From NCBI RefSeq assembly GCF_006345805.1, contig NC_043002.1:83018001-83082000 (forward strand): a stretch of 64,000 bases of DNA. The letters run 5' to 3'. The translations under genes and the position numbers were made by a program. Positions 10,945 to 23,960 of the stretch are shown one piece after another. The number at the start of each line of letters is the position of its first letter. Positions within the stretch are counted from its first letter, which is position 1. The DNA comes from Octopus sinensis (taxonomy: Eukaryota). The notes below the pieces were generated by a model that was not told the origin of the DNA, ran no database searches, and saw nothing but the letters and a program-made list of their open reading frames with translations.

Positions 10945-11767
10945 CATTTACATACACCCACATCACACACACAGACACAGACACACACACACACACACAC
11001 ATATATGCGCACATATGTACATACATATATACATGCATATATACAAATACATACATATATACATATATAAATGCGCACATATATACATACAAACATGCAT
11101 ATATACATATACATGCGCATATACACACATACATACATATATACATCCATCCATACGTACATACACACAACAAATACGATGAGCAGAAACTGTATACACA
11201 CGCGCACACGCATGCACATAATACATACACACCACACACACATAATACATACATACATACATATCCATCCATCCATCCATACATACATACATACAGACAT
11301 ACATACATACAGACATACATACATAAGCAATATGATGATATATATGTATATACGCAGATACATACACGTACACGCAAAGACCACTAATACACGTTTTCAA
11401 AATTCCACACACGCATACAAATTCACATGCACTTATACAACCAATATTCATACACACAAGTTGTACTCATAAAAAACCCCCAAATATATACATGCATACA
11501 AACACACAAACACACATACAAATGTACATACATACATATGTAATACTTTCCAGAAGTTTATCATTTAAGTATATATATGAGCATGTCTAGATATGAGAAG
11601 ACATACATAAAACAAAACATACAAATCTGTACGTATACACACATACATACATACATACATACATACATACATACATACATGCACACATAGATTCATACAT
11701 ACATACATACATACATACATACATACATACATACATACAGACAGACAGACCGAGAGAGAGAGAGAGA

Positions 11768-11823
<56 letters not shown>

Positions 11824-11848
11824 GAGAGGAGAGAGAGAGGAGAGAGAG

Positions 11849-11900
<52 letters not shown>
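10945..11900. repeat. Compound microsatellite block (CA)n, (ATAC)n, (GA)n
   Basis: Directly visible. Confidence 0.95.
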
Positions 11901-11906
<6 letters not shown>

Positions 11907-12084
11907 CTTGTCGATGTGTTGAAATTCCAATGAAGGAGCTAAGTTAGAAACCGGCTTTTTCTCTATTGGCAAGAAATCTTGAAATTAAACTGAATAATGG
12001 CACACAAACATACATACATACAAACATATATACATGCATGCTTACTTGCATGTATACATACATACGTACGTACATTCATTCATA

Positions 12085-12562
12085 CTTAACATGGAGGAGG
12101 ATATGTGATGATCTGGGGGCTATATCTTGGAAATCTGTGGACCCAATGGTTTCCCTGTATTAAAATAAATTTGTTTGAAATTTTAAGGTGCTTCCATTAT
12201 TTTGTCCAACTAATTTTTATTTGACTAATTTTTATTGAACTTCTATTTCAGAAAATAACAATGACAGGCCCTATGCTTACTAATAAAATGAAAGGGCATG
12301 ATGTGATTGTGAATTTGAAGGCTAACCCGGGTGATTTAGAAATTTCCCGTTTTCTGAAAGCTGCAAGATCATTTGTTCACAAGATTCGGTGTGAGTTTCT
12401 AATAGTTTCTATTTTCTGAAATAGAAGTTCAATAAAAATAAGTCAAATAAAAATTAGTTGGACAAAATAATGGAAGCACCTTAAAATTTCAAACAAATTT
12501 ATTTTAATACAGGGTAGGACCGCCTTTGGCAGTAATTACAGCTTGAATTCTACCAGGTATGA
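12085..12562. mobile_element. Tc1-like transposase fragments flanking a 105-bp inverted repeat
   Basis: Plus strand HGGGYVMIWG / GAISWKSVDPMVSL (12090-12158, one frameshift); minus strand C-terminus IPGRIQAVITAKGGPTLY* (12561-12505); arms 12153-12257 and 12410-12514 differ at one base. Confidence 0.85.
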
Positions 12563-12800
12563 AGACGGAAGCGTATTAGCCATATCAAAACGTAAACAAA
12601 TATTGCAAATGCTCTGATTGTATCAGGACACCTGAATTTATTCAGGAATATAAGCAAAGCATTGACGGCAGTCCAGGAAAGCCAATGAGGTCAAGTGCGA
12701 AATAATTTCGTGTGTCAGAAAAAACTATTAGAAATGTTGTGCATGAAGACATCAGATACAAATCTTACGTGATGCGGTGAGGTCAGTTCATCTCAGAAAA
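12288..12800 (+). pseudogene. Mariner/Tc1-superfamily transposase N-terminal (HTH) fragment, split by the Tc1 piece
   Basis: MKGHDVIVNLKANPGDLEISRFLKAARSFVHKIR (12288-12389) continues after 12562 as ...IRTPEFIQ...VSEKTIRNVVHEDIRYKSYVMR. Confidence 0.75.
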
Positions 12801-12872
12801 AAAAAAAACGTTGACACAATGAGAAACGAAAACATAAAAACAAAAACATAGAAAACGAACTATTTTTCGAAC

Positions 12873-13187
12873 AATATGCTGGAGTATCGCCTTGTTCTTT
12901 GTAAGCCTGATGCTTAGTCTATCGATATCTTCTGCCGAACCGCTAATTCACGTGGGCGTAAGCACACCAATATTTGTTTCTAAGCGATGGTGGTGGCGAG
13001 GGACAAGCACAGACACAAAAACACACAGACACACACGCGCGCGCGCGCAAGCACATACACACATATAGGACAGACTTCTTTCAGTTTCCGTCAACCAAAT
13101 CCACTTGCATGGGTTTAGTCAGCCGAAGGGTATAGAAGAAGACACTTGCTCAATGTGCCACGCAGTGGGACTGAACCCAGAACATAA
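12873..13187 (-). mobile_element. SINE family A, diverged, both ends clipped
   Basis: atgctggagtatcgcc...gccgaaccgctaa...cagtttccgtcaaccaaatccac...gtgggactgaacccag. Confidence 0.8.
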
Positions 13188-13270
13188 ATATACATACCTA
13201 TATGTATATATATATATATATACACATACACATATATGTGTATATAAATATACATACATAAATATATATA

Positions 13271-13347
<77 letters not shown>

Positions 13348-13599
13348 TGTGTGTGTGTATGTATGTATACATACATATACATACGCACATATGCATACAT
13401 ATACATACATAAATATATCGTAGGGAAAGTAATAGAAATGAAGCTAATATACGTATACAAAGTGAAAGTATTTATAGTTTCAGTATTAAAACTGAAAGTA
13501 TTATCGCGCTTTACAATAGGGATATTATTGTTTTACTTTTAACACGTAATACAGAAATAGTGTAAGAGATAAGAGATTGCTCCGGGCTCGCATTAGGCA

Positions 13600-13760
13600 A
13601 GAAGTTGAAAAGTAAGTAAGGCATGTGTAAAATTTGAATGAAATCAGTTGGGTAGTTCTCGAGTTTTAGTGATACACACACACACACATACATACATACA
13701 TACATACATACATACATACATACATACATACATACATACATACATACAATACGAATATTG
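13600..13760 (-). mobile_element. Helitron-like non-autonomous element fragment with internal microsatellite
   Basis: ttgaatgaaatcagttgggtagttctcgagttttag + (ATAC)n is the reverse complement of the motif at 47090-47132, which follows a TC...tatatataaaa Helitron-type 5' end. Confidence 0.5.
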
Positions 13761-14720
13761 AAAGCAGCGCTAGTGTTTTAAACATTATCGACCGCACATA
13801 CTCAATGTATATGTATGTTTTTGTTTGTTCGCTGCAGATAGTCCCTGGTGGACGACTCCCGCATTACGCTGGGTGTTGAAACACCTGAAAATCATAGGCT
13901 AGCAACGACTGTGCGGTATGATTAGAGGAAGATGTGGTTGACATTTCTAGCATTTTGAGTGACCACACAAGCACCCACGTTGACTCGAAGTTGTGTGTGC
14001 ATGCACCATAGGTAAGTGTTGTGTTATATGCGTATTTCTGTGCATAGGGGTATACTTGTTATTTATGTAGCGTTGTATGTGTATGTTCTTGTGTCATGTC
14101 ACATCTGAAATGATCGGCAATAGACCATCACGTAAACCAGTAATTCTTGTTTCATAGCTGAACTGCTGGTGTCTGAATCGGCAGCACCACTTTTGAGTCT
14201 CAGCCTGGTGTTTAAAGGGTGTATGGACACGCTGACAAGGCTAGAAAAAAAACGAAAACACCCAATCTACAATGACAGACGCACCCCACCCCGACCAAAC
14301 AAGGAGCCAATGGATATTCATTAAGGAAATTCAGCCTAGCATTGCAGACTCTCTTGGTAACCCCTGCAGTCAGCTCTCTCTCTCTCTCTCTCTCCCTCTC
14401 TCTCTCTCTCTCTCCCTCTCTCACTCAGACGCATTCGTCTTGCATTTTCTCTGACCTAGGAAGACCAAAAGAAATCCCTTGAAAAGTGCGTAGAGCGCTC
14501 ATGGAAACTGAAATCATTCCTGCTAATTTTTCTTGAATTTTTGTTTTTGCCGCAGAAGCGTCTCATTTCTGGTGCATCTATCGTAGTGATCTATATAATG
14601 TTATATGCGTCTGTAGTAGTATATATATATAGTTATGTGTGTTGTAGTATATGCCTAATAGATGGTGTAATACGTGTATAGTAGTTTATGTGTAGGGTTG
14701 TGAGCGGTATGTGTGTAGAA

Positions 14721-14832
14721 GTGTATGTGTAAAGGTGTATATGTAGTGGTGTATGTGTAAAGGTGTATATGTAGTGGTGTATGTGTAAAGGTGTATATGT
14801 AGTGGTGTATGTGTAAAGGTGTATATGTAGTG
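14721..14832. repeat. 28-bp tandem repeat x4
   Basis: gtgtatgtgtaaaggtgtatatgtagtg repeated four times from 14721. Confidence 0.9.
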
Positions 14833-17663
14833 GTGTATCTGTAATAGCGATGTGAAAAGTAATATGTAATATGGTGTTGTATATAATCCCATTGTGTATG
14901 ACTATTCAGCTACTAAGATGGTCACAGAGCGCGTCCAATCAACAATGCCGTTTTACTCGAGTTACGATCTTAGCGAAGCTCTAGCAGCTTTAATTCATAT
15001 ATACATATATGCATCCAGGAAATCATACACACATACATACACAAACAGGCATTTCATATATAAACCAACCCCGCACCTAAGAGTATTAATATATCCGAAC
15101 ACATGGATTAAAGTAAAGAAAATAACTGGTATCGATACGACTAAGTTGGGGAAAACCCGGTAATGGACACAAAAACTTTGAGGAAACTGTTCTGAAGATA
15201 ATATTATCATAGATGTTTCTGTGCCTCGCAGATCTTATTTTTCTCTTCATTGCTCTTTTCAAAATGAAGATATAGTCTTTCATAATTTTGTCGCACATCT
15301 AAAACTTATTCAAACGAGTTTGCTACTTACCTAGTGGCCATAAAATGGCATGTAATTCAAATTTGTTGTTCAAGATGAACGACACATTTACACAGTCCCT
15401 TTTAGGGGGAAACATTAAGACATTTACAGACGATCTAATGTAAACGAGGAACAATTAATCTATAAATAATTAATTCTATGAATCTCTCTCACCGAATCAT
15501 CTACAGCAAAGTCTAATCTAAGACGGTGTCAAATTATCCCAGCAGCAAAATGTTTTTTGCCAATCATTGCAATGCCAAACTTGAAACCAAAGATTACACT
15601 CGCTCCTTTCGCTACCAAATGCTACAAGGTTCATTTTCTCGTAAGCGGGATCAAATCCATGAGTATTGGATCATCATGGCAATCTGTGTCCATTCAAAAT
15701 TTCTCCGGCTGATCTTCTCTATCAGCGTTCTTTAAAAAAAAATTTCTGTCTGATATATCAGCCTTGTTATCTGTGTCCATACAAAATTTTCCCGTCACAA
15801 AAATTTCTTGCGTAACTTGCAGCACTGACAAACCTCTTTTTGTGTGAATTGTTTGAATTACTGCTTGAATGTCTGCTCTGATACCTCAGAAATTAATAGA
15901 GTCAAGAAGTTGAAATATTTTCTTTTGAATGTTTACTAAGCCAGCTTAACGAATTGTTATTTTTGCTTTCTGTTGAAATTTCGCCTCTCCGCTCCCCAGC
16001 AGGTCGTTTTGCAAAGCTCAGTTCTATTCAACATGTCATACGATGGGATTGTTTCGACTAATATGGAAAAGGAAATCAGCTGCAGATATATATACATTCA
16101 TGCACGTAAGTAAACAGTAGCAGGATTTCCTTCAGGTGTTTTTGGCTATAATAGGCGGAAAATTGGCAGAAGTGTTACACTATTGGACAATATACTGTAT
16201 TTATTCCAGCTTCTTGCGCTCTGGGTTCAATTTCTGCCAAGATAAGATTTGCCTTTATTTTTCTCTTTTGGAAGATTGGCGGCGGTTGCCCATACATCCA
16301 AGTCTCCTCTCTTCACGCCATTGTTGTTGTACACAAGGAAAGGGTGTCGCTTTAGAACCCATACGGTTTACTACCAATATCGTTGCAGCCGTTGCTATCA
16401 GAACACAACGAGCAGTAACAGCTGCCACAAGATATCTAATCCAATGCTCTTACAATTCCGCTAACCATTTGCTCTGGATTGGTACATCTTTTTATTGCTC
16501 CCGAACGGATGGAAAACCCAGGTATTAAGCGTAATTATATTCAACGTTCTAACTCATCCAGTCCATCCTCTTTGTCACCATGGCTACATTGGGCAAAACT
16601 AATTCTGAGAAGCCCTGTTCAACCGAGTTGTAAATCTACAGTGTGTAGTCTTCTTGGTGAGCAGCGACAGCACCAAAAATCACTTGAATTTTGTAAGCTT
16701 CAGTGATAACTAGAAATATCTTACTAAGGAGACATTTAATTTAAAATAATCGACCCCCATAGAGCAATGTTGACTTCAGTGAGATTTGAACTTGGAATAT
16801 AAAGAACCACTCAAAACAAATGCCTCAAAGCATGTTGTCCTGCACTTACGATTCTGCCGACTCGGGAGCGAGCCTTGATTTTGTTAAGAACAACTATGGA
16901 CAGGTTTCGATCTGACAAGATATTTTCAACATAACAAAGTCCTCTTTGGACTTGCCAATATATATATATAGATATCTTCCTCCTCTAGTTTATCATCATC
17001 ATCATCATCATCACCGTCGTCGTTGTCATCATCATCATCATCATCATTGTCGTCGTCGTCATCGTCAGTCAATTAATTTGTTAGAAACAGTGTATGTTTA
17101 TCACCTCGAGGACATTCCGTCCTGACATTAACCGAAAATAATTTCAAGAAACAATACATTGGCGAGCAAATAATAAAGAATTCATTATGTAAATACACGG
17201 TATGACATAAAAATCACCACTCCTTATTGTTGCTGTTGTCGTTGTTACTGTTGTTGTTTAGTCTTACTTCAGCTCCGATCAAGCAGACCTGTAACCAAAG
17301 ATGTTCCAGCAACGACCATTCCGTTTCTCTTTTCATATATAACGTAATATAGGTTTACATTATCCAATGTATCTTGTTTAGGTGGTATAATATATTTGAG
17401 GGTGTTTGGTTGTAATGTTTATATAACCGTGTGGCCATGTAGATTTTATCTCTGATGACTCAGTTTAAAACGTCACTATGGTGTTTGATTTCAAGAAAGT
17501 CTGCTTGTGATTTTAATGATTACGATACCTGAGATATAATATCAGGATATAATTTCTAACTTTAAAAAAGTGATAAGGCGATGAAGAACAAAAGCAGTAG
17601 ATAGACAGGAAAACTACCACGTCGGTATTTTGTTAGGTTTGAAGATCGGAGCTCTAATCTTGA

Positions 17664-17887
17664 ATGGTTCAAATCCTGCATGGTTCAAATACTGCACGGT
17701 TCAAATATCGCATGGTTCAAATACTGCATTGTTCAAATCTTGTATGAGTTAAATCTCGCATGGTTCAGATCTCGCATGGTTCAAATCCTGCATGGTTCAA
17801 ATCTTACATACTTCAAATCTTGTATGGTTCAAATACTGCATCGATCAAATCTTGTATGTGTCAAATCTCGCATGGTTAAAATCTTGC
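17664..17887. repeat. 16-bp minisatellite, 14 units (consensus atggttcaaatcctgc)
   Basis: Exact 16-bp phase from 17664 to 17887 with no indels. Confidence 0.95.
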
Positions 17888-19402
17888 ATGGTAGTCAAAT
17901 AGTAGGGTCACCTCACCTAAAACTCTATAGTCCAGCGCAAATCTACCACAGACTTTATATAGGCGCTGGCATGGCTGTGTGGTTGAGAAGCTCGCTTTGC
18001 AGCCATATAGATTTGATAAGTATGACAACTCTGGACAGGTTTCGATCTTATTAGATCTTTTCAACGTAGCATAATTTTCTTTGGACACAGCAAACCATAG
18101 AATAACTGGTAAAATTAATCAATTTTAGGTTAAAATCATTCCTTGAATAGGCAAATTAAATTAATGGAGTAGATAGGCAAAATTTCTCAAGGATACCTTC
18201 TGTTTGAAAAATATGTGGTTAAGTGAAGGGGGTGATATATTTGATATAAGGAACCAAAGCATTTATTTAATCAATTTAAAAGGTAGCCGTAATAAAAAGA
18301 TGATTAAATTACACCGTGTTTTTTTTCATGCAAATGTATAAAAACCTTTTTAGTGGACAAATATCGTTCACGTTGGTTCTTTCATCGATAACTATGAAAG
18401 CCAATGAGGTCAAGTGCGAAATAATTTCGTGTGTCAGAAAAAACTATTAGAAATGTTGTGCATGAAGACATCAGATACAAATCTTACGTGATGCGGTGAG
18501 GTCAGTTCATCTCAGAAAAAAAAAACGTTGACACAATGAGAAACGAAAATATAAAAACAAAAACGTAGAAAACGAACTATTTTTCGAACAATATGCTGGA
18601 GTATCGCCTTGTTCTTTGTAAGCCTGATGCTTAGTCTATCGATATCTTCTGCCGAACCGCTAATTCACGTGGACGTAAGCACACCAATATTTGTTTCTAA
18701 GCGATGGTGGTGGCGAGGGACAAGCACAGACACAAACACACACACACACACACACGCGCGCGTTCCAGCAACGACCATTCCGTTTCTCTTTTCATATATA
18801 ACGTAATATTGGTTTACATTATCCAATGTATCTTGTTTAGGTGGGGTAATATATTTGAGGGTGTTTGGTTGTAATGTTTATATAACCGTGGGGCCATGTA
18901 GATTTTATCTCTGATGACTCAGTTTAAAACGTCACTATGGTGTTTGATTTCAAGGATGTCTGCTTGTGATTTTAATGATTACGATACCTGAGATATAATG
19001 GCGAGGGACAAGCACAGACACAAACACACACACACGCGCGTGTTCCAGCAACGACCATTCCGTTTCTCTTTTCATATATAACGTAATATAGGTTTACATT
19101 ATCCAATGTATCTTGTTTAGGTGGGGTAATATATTTGAGGGTGTTTGGTTGTAATATTTATATAACCGTGGAGCCATGTAGATTTTATCTCTGATGACTC
19201 AGTTTAAAACGTCACTATGGTGTTTGATTTCAAGGATGTCTGCTTGTGATTTTAATGATTACGATACCTGAGATATAATATCAGGATATAATTTCTAACT
19301 TTAAAAAAGTGATAAGGCGATGAAGAACAAAAGCAGTAGATAGACAGGAAAACTACCACGTCGGTATTTTGTTAGGTTTGAAGATCGGAGCTCTAATCTT
19401 GA

Positions 19403-19786
19403 ATGGTTCAAATCCTGCATGGTTCAAATACTGCACGGTTCAAATCTCGCATGGTTCAAATACTGCGTGGTTCAAATCTTGTATGAGTTAAATCTCGCAT
19501 GGTTCAGATCTCGCATGGTTCAAATCCTGCATGGTTCAAATACTGCATGGTTCAAATCTTACATACTTCAAATCTTGTATGGTTCAAATACTGCATCGAT
19601 CAAATCTTGTATGTGTCAAATCTCGCATGGTTAAAATCTTGCATGGTTCAATTACTACATGGATCAAATCTTGTATGAGTCAAATGTCGCATGGTTCAAA
19701 TCTCGCATGGTTAAAATCCTGCATGGTTCAAATACTACATGGATCAAATCTTGTATGAGTCAAATCTTGCATGGTTCAAATCTTGC
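19403..19786. repeat. 16-bp minisatellite, 24 units (paralog of 17664-17887)
   Basis: Exact 16-bp phase from 19403 to 19786. Confidence 0.95.
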
Positions 19787-20667
19787 ATGGTAGTCAAATA
19801 GTAGGGTCACCTCACCTAAAACTCTATGGTCCAGCGCAAATCTACCACAGACTTTATATAGGCGCTGGCATGGCTGTGTGGTTGAGAAGCTCGCTTTGCA
19901 TCCATGTAGATTTGATAAGTATGACAACTCTGGACAGGTTTCGATCTTATTAGATCTTTTCAACGTAGCATAATTTTCTTTGGACATAGCAAACCATAGA
20001 ATAACTGGTAAAATTAATCAATTTTAGGTTAAAATCATTCCTTGAATAGGCAAATTAAATTAATGGAGTAGATAGGCAAAATTTCTCAAGGATACCTTCT
20101 GTTTGAAAAATATGTGGTTAAGTGAAGGGGGTGATATATTTGATATAAGGAACCAAAGCATTTATTTATTCAATTTAAAAGGTAGCCGTAATAAAAAGAT
20201 GATTAAATTATACCGTGTTTTTTTTCATGCAAATGTATAAAAACCTTTTTAGTGGACAAATATCGTTCACGTTGGTTCTTTCATCGATAACTATGAACAG
20301 GTTTCATCGATGGTTTGTCAGATGCCTCTTGTATATGATAAAAGATAGTAATACTCTTTTAAATTTTAACCGTATATTCAGTTGCTTTTTGGGGGGAAGA
20401 AGGGATTTGTTGATATATTGTCACTACGAACAGATTTCTGATCAATGGTTCATTCTAATGAGTTTTCGAAGGAGATGGATTGGCACTATCGTTAATATTG
20501 GTCAACATATTTTGAGGTATTTGTTTCTGCCGGCTATCTTAATCCCTTTTGAAGTCAATTTTGCCTTTCAGGGATACCAATGCACCTATAAGGATGAGAT
20601 GGGGGACGATTTCATCGAGTAACCTCTCTTCTTCAAATTTCTGGCCTTGTCTCCATGTGAGAAACCA

Positions 20668-21028
20668 TTATTACCTCCGCCTTAGCGAAGATATTGTTTT
20701 CAGTCGCGTTTGTTTGTTTGTCCGTGGGCAAGATATCTCAAAACCGCTGGATAGATTCGGATGAAACTTTCAGGGATGTTTGGCCTCGTGACTGGCACGA
20801 ACTGATTAGATTTGGGGATTGATCCGGCACCGGACAAGGATTCTGGGTTATTTTTCCGGTTTTTTACTAAATTTTGAGAGTGGTCGGGGTTCACTTTTAG
20901 TATTCTCGTTTGTGAGAGCAGTCAAGATTATTTCAGATATTCTCATTTTAAAAACCACCTCCGGCTAATCGTTGAGAGGACGTTGGTGTTGCCTTGGCGG
21001 AGGTTTGCACTCTCTGAGTGCTCTTGTT
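20668..21028 (+). mobile_element. Helentron-associated non-autonomous element (DINE-1/HINE-type)
   Basis: Subterminal inverted repeat ACCTCCGCC (20673-20681) / GGCGGAGGT (20996-21004), 3' hairpin GCACTC-tct-GAGTGC (21007-21021), T-rich ends, internal gtttgtttgtttgtccgt. Confidence 0.85.
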
Positions 21029-21054
21029 TATATTGCTTTCAAGTTTTGGTACAA

Positions 21055-21246
21055 GGCCAGCCATTTCAGGTGAATGAAAGGTCGATTAGATCGACTCCAG
21101 TCTTCAAATGGTACTTACTTTATCGGCTCCAAAAGGATGAAAGGCAAAGTCGATCTTGGCGGAATATGAACTCAGAACGTAAAGACGGACGAAATGCCGC
21201 TAAGCATTTTGCCCGGTGTGCTAACGATTCTGCCAGCTCACCGCCT
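21055..21246 (-). mobile_element. SINE family B
   Basis: Ends gctaacgattctgccagctcaccgcctt (head, reverse complement). Confidence 0.85.
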
Positions 21247-21302
21247 TAAATCATTATTAATAGTCTTTAGAACCAAAGAATGCATAAAGGCTTATATTTT
21301 GA

Positions 21303-21342
<40 letters not shown>

Positions 21343-21377
21343 CCTACAATGTTCGTAAAACAGAGAATATTACATAC

Positions 21378-21412
<35 letters not shown>

Positions 21413-21872
21413 TAGAAGGAAAGAGAGGGGAGAGAGATAAAGAGGGAGAGAGAAAGAGAATGGAAACTTTCTTTAATAGAGCCTAACAAATTTTCCTCCA
21501 AATAGGTTGATAGGTTCAAGTTTATGTGTGTGTGTGTTTGTGTAGATGCGCGCGTGTGTGAGTATGTGTGTGTGTGTTGTGTGTGTGTGTGTGTGTGTGT
21601 GTGTACGTGTAGTGGTGGAAGTTAGGTCATGTTAAACGATAAATTATGCTGCTTAAGCCATTAACAGATACAGTATTTTTGGTATTTAGGGGCGATTATG
21701 TCGTAGTACACTGACCCTAAGTTCTCGTTTCTGCTTAGCTGACTTCCTAACTCTAATCATAGGTCTATGCGAATGCTTCGGGCCGAAAGCTTCTTGTCAC
21801 CGCGTCTCGTTGTCATGGCACCCCCACCCTCATTAATACATTAATACGTTTTTTTATAGTAATAACGACCCT

Positions 21873-21906
<34 letters not shown>

Positions 21907-22559
21907 GCTACGGTAGCTAAGATGAGATGCTGAAGGGTTCCATATTTGACCACCCAACCTGTTAGAAATAGCTACCAAATCTTCTTTGTTTCAACATAAA
22001 AAGGTGTGTGGTATATTGGATAATGTGGTTTTGGGTGCATTATGTCTACAAAAATGATGGAATGGTCACTGTTGGAACGTTTTTGATCATAGCTCTGCAA
22101 ACGTCGCCAGTAAGATACAAAAACACTCGACGTGGAGTAGTACTCAGGTATATGCACCCAAACAGATGCAAAGACACACCTATACACATGAACTCACACA
22201 CACACACATATACACACACAGCGATTTAATTTTCAAATGTTGGAGGTGTATAGACGCATAGAGAGTGAAATTGTTGGACGACCTCAGCATAGAATATTCG
22301 GCTTTAATCTGTACCTCTGCCAACTTCCCGCCAGGCACTATGATGGACGTTTTACATATCCCATTAATTATAAGATTTCTGTGGCATTCTTTCATTATTA
22401 TGTCTTTTAAAGCTAATAATACTTGGAGATAACTGCCCCTCACTGGAACTCTGTAGCCATTGGTTGTGATGGTAGTGGAAATTACACCAGCATTAACTCT
22501 TAAAGCACAAGCATCACCAAAAAGTTTCATTCTGTATCGTCAGCCTTAATTACTGGCTA

Positions 22560-22730
22560 GAAGGCTGCAAGCTAGCAGAATCGTAAGCACGCCGGCCAAA
22601 ATGCTTAACTGTAATTCTTTTGGCTTTAAGTTTTAAGTTCAAATACTTCCGAAGTAAATTTTTGCCTTTCATCATTTCGGCATCGATAAAATAAGCACCA
22701 ACTGAGCGCCGGGATCATTATAATCGACTT
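22560..22730 (+). mobile_element. SINE family B, diverged
   Basis: gctagcagaatcgtaagcacgccggccaaaatgcttaac...gcctttcatcatttcggcatcgataaaataagcacc. Confidence 0.75.
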
Positions 22731-23267
22731 ACATGTGTAGTGGTGGGAGTTAGGTCATGTTAAACGACAAATTATGCTGCTTAAGCCACTGACACGGTGT
22801 TTTTTTGTTTTTTTTTGGTACTTGGGGCGTTTATGTCGTAGTATCAACCGACTAAATCGACTCCAGTCTTTGACTTGTAAAAGCTACAAATGTGTAAGAA
22901 ATAATTACGGCTGGTTCTACAGACATGAGTACATAGAGATATTTATTTCATTCAAAAATAAATGAAAAAGGCCTTGCAATAAAACCGCGCGCTGAGATAT
23001 CGCGGAATAAGGCGGCGAGCTGGCAGAACCGTTAAGCACGTTACCTTGGAGAGTTGATAAACGAAAACCAACTCAACTCTCGTGTGATTTGAATTTAAAA
23101 CTTTAACCTTTTTCCTGTCCGGTGCATCACATAAGACATACTGGATATATATACCCCTGGCGTCCATACATCATATATGTCACACATACCCATTTATTTT
23201 CAACCCCCAGAGTAATCAGAGTCTTATGAAAGGAAATATTTATATTAACAGAACGTATTTATACTAT

Positions 23268-23670
23268 CAGGCGTAGGAGTGGCCGTGTGGTAAGTTGCTT
23301 GCTTACGAACCGCATGGTTCCGGGTTCAGTTCCATTGCGTGGCACCTTAGGCAAGTGTCTTCTACTATAGCCTCGGGCCAACCAAAGCCTCGTGAGTGGA
23401 TTTGGTAGACGGAATCTGAAAGAATTTATATATATGTATATATGTGTGTGTGTGTGTATATATGTTTCTGTGTCTGTGTTTGTCACCCCAACATCACTTG
23501 ACAACCGATGCTGGTGTGTTTATGTCTCTGTAACTTAGCGGTTCGGCAAAAGAGGCCGATAGAATAAGTACTAGGCTTACAAAGAATAAGTCCTGGGGTC
23601 GATTTGCTCGACTAAAGGCGGTACTCCAGCATGGCCACAGTCAAATGACTGAAACAAGTAAAGAGTATGA
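23268..23670 (+). mobile_element. Full-length SINE family A
   Basis: aggcgtaggagtggccgtgtggtaagttgcttgc ... gactgaaacaagtaaagagt. Confidence 0.9.
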
Positions 23671-23960
23671 AATAAAAGCTAACAAAAATGTTTGAAAACA
23701 AGCATGGACGTTTAGGACAAACATATGACAATACTTTGGAGAGGAAAAGAGTTAAAGAGTTTCATTAACTATTAAAAGAACCTCTATCTTCAGTGTTATC
23801 GTCTCAGTTCACAACGATCCATTTATGGTAAAATTTTGTAATTTATGTTCGATTGTTGTTGATCCCGGACTTTGAACATGCGTCTGTTCGATCAACTTTG
23901 ATAGAGCAGATTTATAATCAAAGAATGTTAACTATGTTGTTTCAAAATAGGTGTATTTTG

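Larger units (their letters stand above)
17303..20297. repeat. Complex local duplication (17303-18398 duplicated at 19042-20297) with templated insert
   Basis: 18396-18761 copies 12677-13046; 18712-18999 is tandemly repeated at 19000-19279; see findings. Confidence 0.92.

Noticed and set aside
13838-14011. Plus-strand exon-like segment with good acceptor and GTAAGT donor
   Set aside because: Stops in all three frames. A non-coding exon cannot be excluded, but GTAAGT is expected many times by chance in 64 kb.
15983-16107. Plus-strand exon-like segment with two open frames
   Set aside because: No recognisable protein and no phase-compatible neighbours I could support.
17451-17480. CTGATGA followed by aaaacgtc as a possible hammerhead
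   Set aside because: No stem II, no GAAA and no stem I.
22180-22530. 116-aa non-repetitive minus-strand ORF
   Set aside because: No recognisable domain; contains a degenerate SINE B head (GGKLAE, also seen in ORF 16136-16528), so probably a chance frame.
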